A stretch of DNA of 36,720 bases from an uncultured Clostridia bacterium. GTDB lineage: Bacteria; Bacillota; Clostridia; TANB77; CAG-508. The stretch is taken from positions 1 through 36,720 of the forward strand of contig CANQJY010000002.1 in assembly GCA_947624365.1 (NCBI GenBank). Direction: 5' to 3'. This document shows, one piece after another, positions 26,058-34,295 of the stretch. The translations under genes and the position numbers were made by a program. Position 1 is the first letter of the stretch. Every line of letters starts with the position of its first letter. The notes under the pieces are model-generated. The model worked only from the letters and a program-made list of their open reading frames with translations, was not told where the DNA came from and searched no databases.

Positions 26058-27620
26058 ATGAAAAAACATTTATTAGTAATATTACTAATTATCCAAACCA
26101 TTATATATATCATAGTAGGAAATTACAAACAATATATACACATAGATGAAGCATACTCATATGGATTATCAAATTATGACAAAGTTGAAATACAAAACAA
26201 TGAAGACTTTTACAACAATTGGCATACAAAAGAATATTATGAAGACTATTTATCTGTTGAAAAAGATGAAATCAAAAACTATGCACCAGTATACGAAAAT
26301 CAAAAAAATGACGTACATCCACCATTATATTATCTTATATTAAGAACAGCAATGCAATTTACAATAGGGCATTTTTCTAAATGGACAGGCATAACAATAA
26401 ATATTATAATATATATTTTTATTACTATTTTCATGTATTTAATCTTAAAGAAAATATTAAAAGAAGAAAAAAATGCAGAAACAAAAGCAACAATACTAGC
26501 ATTTATATCATCTATTACATTAGCATCTATAAGTAATGTTATTTATATAAGAATGTATTCATTATTAACATTAGAGATACTAATAACAATATTTTTGCAC
26601 ATAAAACTATTAGAAACTGAAAAAACAAACTTTAAATTATTAATAATGATAGGTATAACTATACTCTCTGGAATTTTAACACACTACTATTATTTGTTTT
26701 ATTTAGTAGGAATATATTTTATATTTATGATAAAATATATGAAAGAAAAGAAATATAGAGAATTAACATATTATACAATATCAATAATCATAGCAGGAAT
26801 AGTATCACTTATTATATTTCCATATTCAATTCAACATATGTTTTTCGGATATAGGGGAAAGGGCGTTATAAGCAATCTAGAAAATATAAGTGAAATGGCA
26901 GTAAGTATATTTACGCACATATACAATTTAAATTATTATGGATTTAACGGATTAATGCCAGTAATCTTAATTATTATACTTATACTTTTTACTTATGAGA
27001 AATTCTATAAGAAAAAACAACTAAAAATAAATAAAGAAAAAAAGGAAATATTAAGAATTATATACATACCATCAATATTTTTCTTTATTATGTCTGCAAT
27101 AGGTTCACCTTGGAGAGTTTTAAGATATATAGTTCCAATATGTGGATTATTCTTCATTCTTGCTATATATTTCTTATATAAATTATTGCAAAAAATATAT
27201 AATGAAAAATGGAGCAATATCATAATAAGCATTATCCTTTGTGCAACTTTAATATCACCATTCATCTTACATTTAGAACCAGAACTATTATATCAAGATA
27301 GAAAAGAAATAGTTGAAGAATTAAAAGGAGAACTAAATTTACCAACCATATATTTTTATCAACCACAAGGAGGAAGCTTTTTAGACGACATTTTATTATT
27401 TTCTATAATAGACGAATCCTATATTGCAAAAGATATAGAGTACACAGAAGAAAATATAAGAAACATATTCAAAGATAAAGATATTTCTAAAGGCATTATA
27501 ATTTTTAGCACTGAAGAACAAAATAATACAAATATAGAAATGATAAAAAAATATCTAAATTTCACAAATTGCCAACATTTAAAGAAATTAACATCATATA
27601 ATGTATATCATATATATTAA
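26058..27620 (+). CDS. Polytopic membrane protein, GT-C fold glycosyltransferase (GT39/ArnT-like)
   Basis: About 11 predicted TM helices. An early periplasmic-loop DEAYSYG, and HPPLYYLILR typical of ArnT/PMT_2-type enzymes. Confidence 0.6.
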   Translation: MKKHLLVILLIIQTIIYIIVGNYKQYIHIDEAYSYGLSNYDKVEIQNNEDFYNNWHTKEYYEDYLSVEKDEIKNYAPVYENQKNDVHPPLYYLILRTAMQFTIGHFSKWTGITINIIIYIFITIFMYLILKKILKEEKNAETKATILAFISSITLASISNVIYIRMYSLLTLEILITIFLHIKLLETEKTNFKLLIMIGITILSGILTHYYYLFYLVGIYFIFMIKYMKEKKYRELTYYTISIIIAGIVSLIIFPYSIQHMFFGYRGKGVISNLENISEMAVSIFTHIYNLNYYGFNGLMPVILIIILILFTYEKFYKKKQLKINKEKKEILRIIYIPSIFFFIMSAIGSPWRVLRYIVPICGLFFILAIYFLYKLLQKIYNEKWSNIIISIILCATLISPFILHLEPELLYQDRKEIVEELKGELNLPTIYFYQPQGGSFLDDILLFSIIDESYIAKDIEYTEENIRNIFKDKDISKGIIIFSTEEQNNTNIEMIKKYLNFTNCQHLKKLTSYNVYHIY

Positions 27621-27647
27621 TAATTTATTAGAGAGGAATGATACTAT

Positions 27648-29063
27648 ATGGAAAAAGCATTAAAAGTAAAAGATATTATTGATATAGCACAAGCAAAATT
27701 AATACAAGGAAATACACAAGAAGTTTGTGGAGCATTTTCATATGATACAAGAAGTATTCAACCAAATGAAGTATTTATTGGAATAAAAACAGGAGAAATA
27801 GACGGAAGCAACTTTTGGGAAGAAGCATTTCAAAAAGGAAGTCCAATAGCGATTATAAACCAAATTGAATTAAAAAAAGAAGCATTAGAAAAATGGAAAA
27901 ACAAAACAGTTCTTGTTGTAAAAGACTCTTTAGAAGCATTACAAAAAATAGCAAAATACAAAAGAGAACAATATGGAAAACAATTAAAAGTAATTTCAAT
28001 AACGGGAAGTGTAGGTAAAACTAGTACAAAAGATATAATAGCAAATGTAATATCTCAAAAATATAAAACTCTAAAAACATTAGGAAATTACAATAACCAT
28101 ATAGGATTACCACTAACCCTATTACGTTTAAAAGATGAAGAAGTAGCAGTTGTAGAAATGGGAATGAACCATTTTGGAGAAATCAGTCAATTAACAAAAA
28201 TAGCAAAACCAGATATTGCGGTAATTACTAATATAGGAACATCACATATTGGTAATCTAGGCTCAAGAGAAAACATTTTAAAAGCAAAACTAGAAATATT
28301 AGAAGGAATGGAACAAAAAGAAATTGTAGTAAACAATGACAATGACCTATTACACAAATGGCAATTAGAAAATCAACAATCTAAAGACATAAAAATTCAT
28401 ACATTCGGAATAGAAACGCCATCAGAAGTATGGGCAGAAAATGTAGAACTAAAAGAAAATAGCAGTACATTTTTATGCCATATAGGAAAAGAAACAGCAC
28501 AAATAGAAATCCCAGTAGGAGGAATGCACTTTGTTTATAACGCACTATGCGCAATAATAATAGGAAAACAACTTGGGATTGAAATTGACAAAATTAAAAA
28601 AGGAATAGAAACATTTGAACTAACCAAAAAAAGAATGGAAATCATAAAAAAAGAAAACGGAATAACAATAATCAATGACGCATACAATGCCAGCCTAGAA
28701 TCCATAAAAGCAGCAATACAATACTTAGAAAGATGCCAAGGAAGCAGAAAAATAGCCATTTTAGGAGACATATTTGAACTAGGAACACACGCAGAAACCA
28801 TTCACAGGCAAGTAGGTCAAGTTGTAGCAAACTCAAATATAGACATACTCATCTGTTGTGGAGAAAACAGCAAATACATAGTAGAAGAAGTCCAAAAACA
28901 CAACAACCCAAACAACAAAAACAACAACAATAAGCAAAAAGAAATATATTATTATGAAACAAAAGAAAAAATAAAAAAATACTTAAAAAACGAAACAAAA
29001 CCACAAGACACAATATTAATAAAAGCATCAAACGGAATGAAATTTTACGACCTATGCACATAA
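27648..29063 (+). CDS. murF: UDP-N-acetylmuramoyl-tripeptide--D-alanyl-D-alanine ligase
   Basis: FSYDTRSIQPNEVFIGI, the ATP site ITGSVGKTSTKD, EMGMNHFGEI and DAYNASLESIKAA. It contains an Asn/Lys-rich insertion near the C-terminus. Confidence 0.9.
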   Translation: MEKALKVKDIIDIAQAKLIQGNTQEVCGAFSYDTRSIQPNEVFIGIKTGEIDGSNFWEEAFQKGSPIAIINQIELKKEALEKWKNKTVLVVKDSLEALQKIAKYKREQYGKQLKVISITGSVGKTSTKDIIANVISQKYKTLKTLGNYNNHIGLPLTLLRLKDEEVAVVEMGMNHFGEISQLTKIAKPDIAVITNIGTSHIGNLGSRENILKAKLEILEGMEQKEIVVNNDNDLLHKWQLENQQSKDIKIHTFGIETPSEVWAENVELKENSSTFLCHIGKETAQIEIPVGGMHFVYNALCAIIIGKQLGIEIDKIKKGIETFELTKKRMEIIKKENGITIINDAYNASLESIKAAIQYLERCQGSRKIAILGDIFELGTHAETIHRQVGQVVANSNIDILICCGENSKYIVEEVQKHNNPNNKNNNNKQKEIYYYETKEKIKKYLKNETKPQDTILIKASNGMKFYDLCT

Positions 29064-29097
29064 TGTCCATTTTGGGACGGTACTTTTTTGGACATTT
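29064..29097 (+). repeat. Solo copy of the 31-bp palindrome arm seen at 21773-21803 (33/34 identity)
   Basis: tGTCCATTTTGGGACGGTaCTTTTTTGGACATtt starts 1 nt after the murF TAA. There is a single C>A difference at 29082. Confidence 0.9.
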
Positions 29098-29132
29098 ACT
29101 CATTTTGGAACAGGTTTTAAAAAATTATTTAG

Positions 29133-29162
29133 AAAAATCCATAAAACTATGGATTTTTTTTT
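29133..29162 (+). terminator. Rho-independent terminator after murF
   Basis: aaaaatccata / tatggattttt stem, 4-nt loop, long T-tract. Confidence 0.7.
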
Positions 29163-29253
29163 CAAGTTATAGTACAATATGATTACCTATTTTTATTTTT
29201 AGGTAATATATTTCCTACAAGATAAAAAACAAACAAGTGGGAGAGGATGTCAA

Positions 29254-30135
29254 ATGGTATATAAAGATTATTATAAAATATTAGATTTAGAAACTAGTAG
29301 AGTTTCAATAGAAGAAATAAAAACAGCATATAGAGCTGCAGCAAAAAAATATCATCCAGATGTAAATGTTGGAAATAATTTAGCAGAAGAAAAAATAAAA
29401 GATATTAATGAAGCATATAGAATATTATCTATACCAGCTTCTAAGAGAAAATATGATAGAAAATGGAATGCACATTATGCAAGCACTCACCAAAAAAATT
29501 TGAGGAATAAAGAATCTATATTTGAAATGTTTTTAGGAAATATAGAAAATGATGCAACAACTAAAAAAGGCCAGAATCCAATATGTGGAGAAGATATAGA
29601 AACGGAAATACAAGTTCCAATTGAAGAAGCATATTTTGGCATAGAAAAGAAAATATCACTAAAAACAGTAGAAGGAAAAAACAAAACATTTTCTATTACT
29701 ATACCAAAAGGAATTCAAAATGGTGCTAGAATTAGATTAATAGGGCAAGGAAAACAAGGAAAAAACGGTGGAAAAAACGGAAATTTATATATAAAAATTC
29801 AAATTCAAGATAACAAAAAGTTTAAATTAAATGGAAGTGATTTATATACAAACTTACTATTGACACCGTGGGAAGCAAGTTTAGGAACAAGAGTAACAAT
29901 ACCAACTATTGAAGAAGAAACAAAAATATATATTCCACAAGGAATACAAAGTGGAGAAAAAATACGTATACCTAACAAAGGATACTACAAAGAGAAAGGC
30001 GAAAAGGGTGATTTAATTGCAGAAATAAAAATTGTAGTTCCACGAGAAATAACAGAAGCGGAAAAAGCAATATATGAGCAATTAAAAGAAGTTTCAAAAT
30101 TCAATCCGAGAGAAAATATTGAGAAAAATGCTTAA
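29254..30135 (+). CDS. J-domain co-chaperone, CbpA-like (J domain + DnaJ C-terminal domains, no zinc-finger region)
   Basis: DYYKILDL...KKYHPDVN (HPD). The C-terminal beta-domains carry GEDIETEI, GQGKQGKNGGKNGNLYIKI and GDLIAEIKIVVP. No CxxCxGxG repeats. Confidence 0.85.
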   Translation: MVYKDYYKILDLETSRVSIEEIKTAYRAAAKKYHPDVNVGNNLAEEKIKDINEAYRILSIPASKRKYDRKWNAHYASTHQKNLRNKESIFEMFLGNIENDATTKKGQNPICGEDIETEIQVPIEEAYFGIEKKISLKTVEGKNKTFSITIPKGIQNGARIRLIGQGKQGKNGGKNGNLYIKIQIQDNKKFKLNGSDLYTNLLLTPWEASLGTRVTIPTIEEETKIYIPQGIQSGEKIRIPNKGYYKEKGEKGDLIAEIKIVVPREITEAEKAIYEQLKEVSKFNPRENIEKNA

Positions 30136-30161
30136 AAACAACAATTTACATAAATTTTATA

Positions 30162-30190
30162 TTGACAAATAGCTTGTTTTCCTGTATAAT
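30162..30190 (+). promoter_or_regulatory. Strong sigma-A-type promoter for the orphan-ORF/T4CP cluster
   Basis: TTGACA (30162-30167), 17-bp spacer, extended -10 TGTATAAT (30183-30190). Confidence 0.55.
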
Positions 30191-30249
30191 AAAAAGTGGG
30201 CATGCAAAAGACAAGCTATGTATAAATCATAGGAGTGAGGTGTCAAAAA

Positions 30250-30774
30250 ATGGAGATGTGGCAAGGAAAGCACTTTAGTATCACAGATCCTAAAGATGTA
30301 AAAACAGTAATATATCAAGTAAACAAAACAGAAAAAGAATTTTTAGAAAATGCACCAAAATATACAATACAAAGATTAGACTTTACTCAAGAACTTAGAG
30401 GTGAAAATACTAGAAAAACTTTTTATGTTGATAACCCATCAGAAGATGAAGATCATTTAGTAATATTATCTTTTGGAAAAGATAGAGTAGTAGTAAATAT
30501 GGCATTATTAGAAGATGACAAAATATCTATTTCAAAAAAACCAATGCCATTAAAATTTAACAGTATCTATAATGAGAAAGAAACAGAGTATAAAGATTTT
30601 CAATATACACCAAATTTAAAGAGACCAATATGCATTATTGACCCAGAGACTACAGAAGAAGTAGAGCCAATGCTTTATTTTGATGAAAACACAAATGAAG
30701 TAAAAGGCAAATGTAAATTAAAACCATATAAATCTTATTTTGCCTTTGAAATCAGGGACAAAAAGGATGTTTAA
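30250..30774 (+). CDS. Hypothetical protein (about 174 aa), no family recognised
   Basis: Long ORF with coding-like composition. AGGAGTGAGG RBS about 9 nt before the ATG at 30250. Tightly followed by the next ORF. Confidence 0.6.
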   Translation: MEMWQGKHFSITDPKDVKTVIYQVNKTEKEFLENAPKYTIQRLDFTQELRGENTRKTFYVDNPSEDEDHLVILSFGKDRVVVNMALLEDDKISISKKPMPLKFNSIYNEKETEYKDFQYTPNLKRPICIIDPETTEEVEPMLYFDENTNEVKGKCKLKPYKSYFAFEIRDKKDV

Positions 30775-30788
30775 GGAGGAAAACAAAA

Positions 30789-31094
30789 ATGGGAAATCCA
30801 GGAGTAGCAAGCACAAATAATGCTTTTGAAGTTAATTTTATAATGACAACAGGACTAGAACTAGGTAAAAAAATACAAACAGTAGGTGAAGGATCAAAAG
30901 ATTCTAATATAGGACCAAAAATTGATACAGAAGTTTCTAAACATGAATGGGGATATGATCCTGAAACAAAAAAAGGAATTAGAGTTAGAAATTTAAATGG
31001 AAGAAAAGTACAAGAAGAAGGAAATGCTAAAATAATGAAACAAGAATATGATATTCGTATTCAAAAAGAAAAAAGCAAAGAAAATGAAAGATAG
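30789..31094 (+). CDS. Hypothetical protein (101 aa), no family recognised
   Basis: Strong AAGGAGG RBS 8 nt before the ATG. Charged, Lys/Glu-rich C-terminus. Confidence 0.55.
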   Translation: MGNPGVASTNNAFEVNFIMTTGLELGKKIQTVGEGSKDSNIGPKIDTEVSKHEWGYDPETKKGIRVRNLNGRKVQEEGNAKIMKQEYDIRIQKEKSKENER

Positions 31095-31122
31095 AATAAA
31101 CCAAAGATAGTAGGTGAATTGT

Positions 31123-33109
31123 ATGAACTACAAGATACAAGGAGCAATTAAAAGAAATAAAAAAACTTTTATAATATGTGCAATACTATGGGTATTTTTA
31201 ACCATAGTATTTGTTTCGCCTGTATCACTTAGTATATTCCAAGCAAAGCAGGGAGCCAAATTAGGAAATATAACAATCTTTCAAGCAATTGGAGAAAACT
31301 TCATGCACCCATTTGTATCATTCGGAAAAATATTTGAGCAAGGAGCAGTTGGAGACTTTACATCCTTTCTTGTTGGATTTACAATATTTTATTTAATATT
31401 CTTTTTTATTGGATTTGTAAAATCAGCACCTAAAAATGAATATTCAGACATTGAGCATGGATCTAGTGACTGGAGCCAAAGAGGAGAACAATACGAAATT
31501 TTAAATAAAAACAAAGGAATAATTTTAGCAGAAAACAATTATCTACCAGTAGACAAGAGAGGAAATGTAAACGTATTAGTAGTTGGACGGATCAGGTTCT
31601 GGTAAATCAGCATCATATTCTATACCAAATGCATACCAAATGTTAGGCTCATATGTATTTACAGACCCAAAAGGAGAATTATATGACAGAACAGCAGGAT
31701 ATTTAAGAGATCATGGATATCAAATAAAAGTATTAAATTTAGTAAGACCACAATATAGTGATGGATATAACCCACTAAGGCATATCAATTCAGAAATTGA
31801 TGTTGATGTAATTGCAAATACAATTATTAGAGGACAAAAATCAGAAGGAAGCACAGCGGAGCCATTCTGGGATGATTCAGCAGAGATGTTATTAAAAGCA
31901 TTAATATATTATTTACTAGCAGTTAGACCAGAAGAAGAGCAAAACCTAGCCAGTTGTGCAGAACTTGTTAGAGCAGCAAATAATAAAGGTGGAAGTAATT
32001 TATTAACAGAACTAATCAGTGTATTACCATATGACCATCCAGCAAGAATGTACTACAAATCAATAGAAATTGCACCAGAAAAAACATATAGCTCTATTTT
32101 AAGTACATTACAATCTAAATTAGGAAAATTTGACTCAAAAGAAATTGCAGAATTAACATCAACAGACACAATAAACTTTGAGGATATAGGAAACAGAAAA
32201 ACAGCAGTATATGTTATTTCATCAGATACTCATACAGCATATGATTTCTTATTAACAATATTCTTCTCTCAAATGATACAACAACTATATGACTATGCCG
32301 ACAGGAACGGAGGAGCATTAAAAATTCAAACATTCTTTATACTAGATGAGTTTGCCAATATTGGTAAAATACCAGACTTTGACAAGAAAATATCAACATC
32401 TAGAAGTAGAAAAATATCATTTAGTGTTATTTTACAAAACGTAGACCAATTAGAAGCAGTATATGAAAAGTCATATGAAACCATTATGGGTAACTGTGAC
32501 ACGCACTTATTTTTAGGAAGCAACTCATACAAAACAGTAGAATATTTCTCAAAGCAACTAGGAGAAAAAACAATAGAAAGAGATAGTATTTCAATCAACA
32601 AAGATAGGCAAAACTGGAGAACAGGAAAAAGTGTATCTGATCAGGTCATGGCAAGAGCATTAATGACACCAGACGAATTACGTAGAATGGATATAGATGA
32701 CTGCATAATATTTGTAAAAGGATTAAAACCAATAAAAACAAAAAAATTCTACTATTTCAAAAAGCCAATGGCAAAAGAATTAGCAGAACATGAAATTAGC
32801 CATAATGATATCGGAGAAATTGAAAGAGGAACTTGGAGAAAATACAACCCATACAATCCATATGTACCAGAAGAAGAGCAAGAAAAAAATGCAGAAAATC
32901 TAAAAATAGAATCTTTAGATGACCTGTTTGAAGATGTAGAAGAACCAAAAACATTACAGGAACAACAAACACAAACAAGTCCAATAGGAGTTTTAGAAAA
33001 GACAGAAGAAGATGCACCAATGTTACCACAAGAAGATACATATGATTTACAAAAAGAATTAGAAGCAAAATTTGACGAATTATTTGGGCCATTAGATGAT
33101 AATGATTAA
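31123..33109 (+). pseudogene. VirD4/TraG-type type IV coupling protein (T4CP), interrupted by a +1 frameshift in the Walker A region
   Basis: ORFs 31114-31605 and 31583-33109 are adjacent pieces. The first carries TM helices, EHGSSDWS and NVLVVG. The second carries GSGSGKS, FILDEFANIG, SRSRKIS, LQNVDQL and an acidic tail. Deleting C31588 restores NVLVVGGSGSGKS. Confidence 0.8.
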
Positions 33110-33138
33110 AAGATATGTTAAGCACATATCTTTTTTTG
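33108..33138 (+). terminator. Rho-independent terminator after the T4CP gene
   Basis: aagatatgt / acatatctt stem, 5-nt loop, T-tract. Confidence 0.7.
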
Positions 33139-33167
33139 TTGACAAACTTCCGTTTGTATGATATAAG
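33139..33167 (+). promoter_or_regulatory. Sigma-A-type promoter for the SbcD/SbcC-like pair
   Basis: TTGACA (33139-33144), 17-bp spacer, extended -10 TGaTATAAG (33159-33167). Confidence 0.45.
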
Positions 33168-33196
33168 GATAATATAAATAAAAAAGGAGAATAATT

Positions 33197-34282
33197 ATGA
33201 AATTTGTTCATATTGCAGACATGCATTTTGACAGCCCATTTATAAATTTATCAAACAAAGAAATCTTAGGAGATACACGTAGATTAGATCAAAGAAAAAT
33301 ATTAAAAAAAGTAATTACATATATTCAAGAACACCAAATTCCAATATTATTAATTTCAGGAGATTTATATGAGCATAAATATATTAAGCAATCAACAATA
33401 CAGTATATAAACAATGAATTTAAAGAGATTCCAAATACACAAATATTTATTAGTCCAGGAAATCACGACCCATATTTACAAAATTCATATTATGCACAAT
33501 ATGAATGGAACAAAAATGTACATATTTTTAATTCAAAATTTGAAAAAATCAGTTTACAAGATGCAGATATTTATGGATATGGATTTAATGACTTTTATTG
33601 TACAAATTGTGGCATAGAGGAATTAAAAATAGAAAATCCAGAAAAGCTAAATATAGCAATTCTACATGGTTCAATAAATTCATCTAACACAGAAGATAGA
33701 CAATACAATCCAATTCCAAGAAAAACATTGGAAAATAAAGGATTTGACTATGTTGCAATGGGGCATATACATAAACCATCATATAAAGATGAGCCAAATC
33801 AAAGAATAGTATATCCAGGCTCTTGCATTTCCCTAGGATTTGACGAATTAGGAGAACACGGAATGATTGTAGGAGATGTAACAAAACAAGAAATTAAATT
33901 AGAATTAATTTCATTAGACGAAAAAGCATTTATAGAAAAAGAAGTTGATGTTACAAACATTTTGTCAAAAGAAGAATTAATAGAAAAAATAAATCAACAA
34001 GAATATTCAAATACAGAATTTATAAAAATAATATTAACAGGAACACGACACTTTGAAATTGATACATATAAGATATATCAATTTATAGAAAGTGAACAAA
34101 TAATCAAAATAAAAGATAAAACAAAACCATATTATGATTTACAAAAAATAAAAAATGATAGCACCTTGAAAGGAATGTTTGCAGGAAAAATGTTAGAAAG
34201 AATGCAAAATAAGGAATTATCAGAAACAGAAAAAGAAGTATTAGAAAAGGCCATTGAAATTGCATTTGATGCACTTCAATAG
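33197..34282 (+). CDS. Metallophosphoesterase, SbcD/Mre11-like DNA repair exonuclease (YhaO-like)
   Basis: MKFVHIADMHFD, SGDLYE, GNHDP, HG and GHIH calcineurin-like phosphoesterase motifs. AAGGAG RBS. Confidence 0.85.
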   Translation: MKFVHIADMHFDSPFINLSNKEILGDTRRLDQRKILKKVITYIQEHQIPILLISGDLYEHKYIKQSTIQYINNEFKEIPNTQIFISPGNHDPYLQNSYYAQYEWNKNVHIFNSKFEKISLQDADIYGYGFNDFYCTNCGIEELKIENPEKLNIAILHGSINSSNTEDRQYNPIPRKTLENKGFDYVAMGHIHKPSYKDEPNQRIVYPGSCISLGFDELGEHGMIVGDVTKQEIKLELISLDEKAFIEKEVDVTNILSKEELIEKINQQEYSNTEFIKIILTGTRHFEIDTYKIYQFIESEQIIKIKDKTKPYYDLQKIKNDSTLKGMFAGKMLERMQNKELSETEKEVLEKAIEIAFDALQ

Positions 34283-34295
34283 AAGGGAGATAATT

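Noticed and set aside
21772-29097. The three copies of the 31-bp repeat bracket a 7.3-kb segment (Rpn-like to murF), which could be read as the ends of a mobile island or composite transposon
   Set aside because: The enclosed genes are core envelope and housekeeping functions (htrA-like, M23 peptidase, murF). The left end is a complete palindrome and not a single terminal repeat. There is no integrase or transposase, and no duplication at the outer edges. A dispersed repeat or binding site is the simpler reading.
29183-29206. The hairpin ttaccta-N10-taggtaa upstream of the J-protein gene as a heat-shock operator (CIRCE or CtsR box)
   Set aside because: It does not match CIRCE (TTAGCACTC-N9-GAGTGCTAA) or the CtsR direct repeat (GGTCAAA). 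It is a 7-bp AT-rich stem of low significance.
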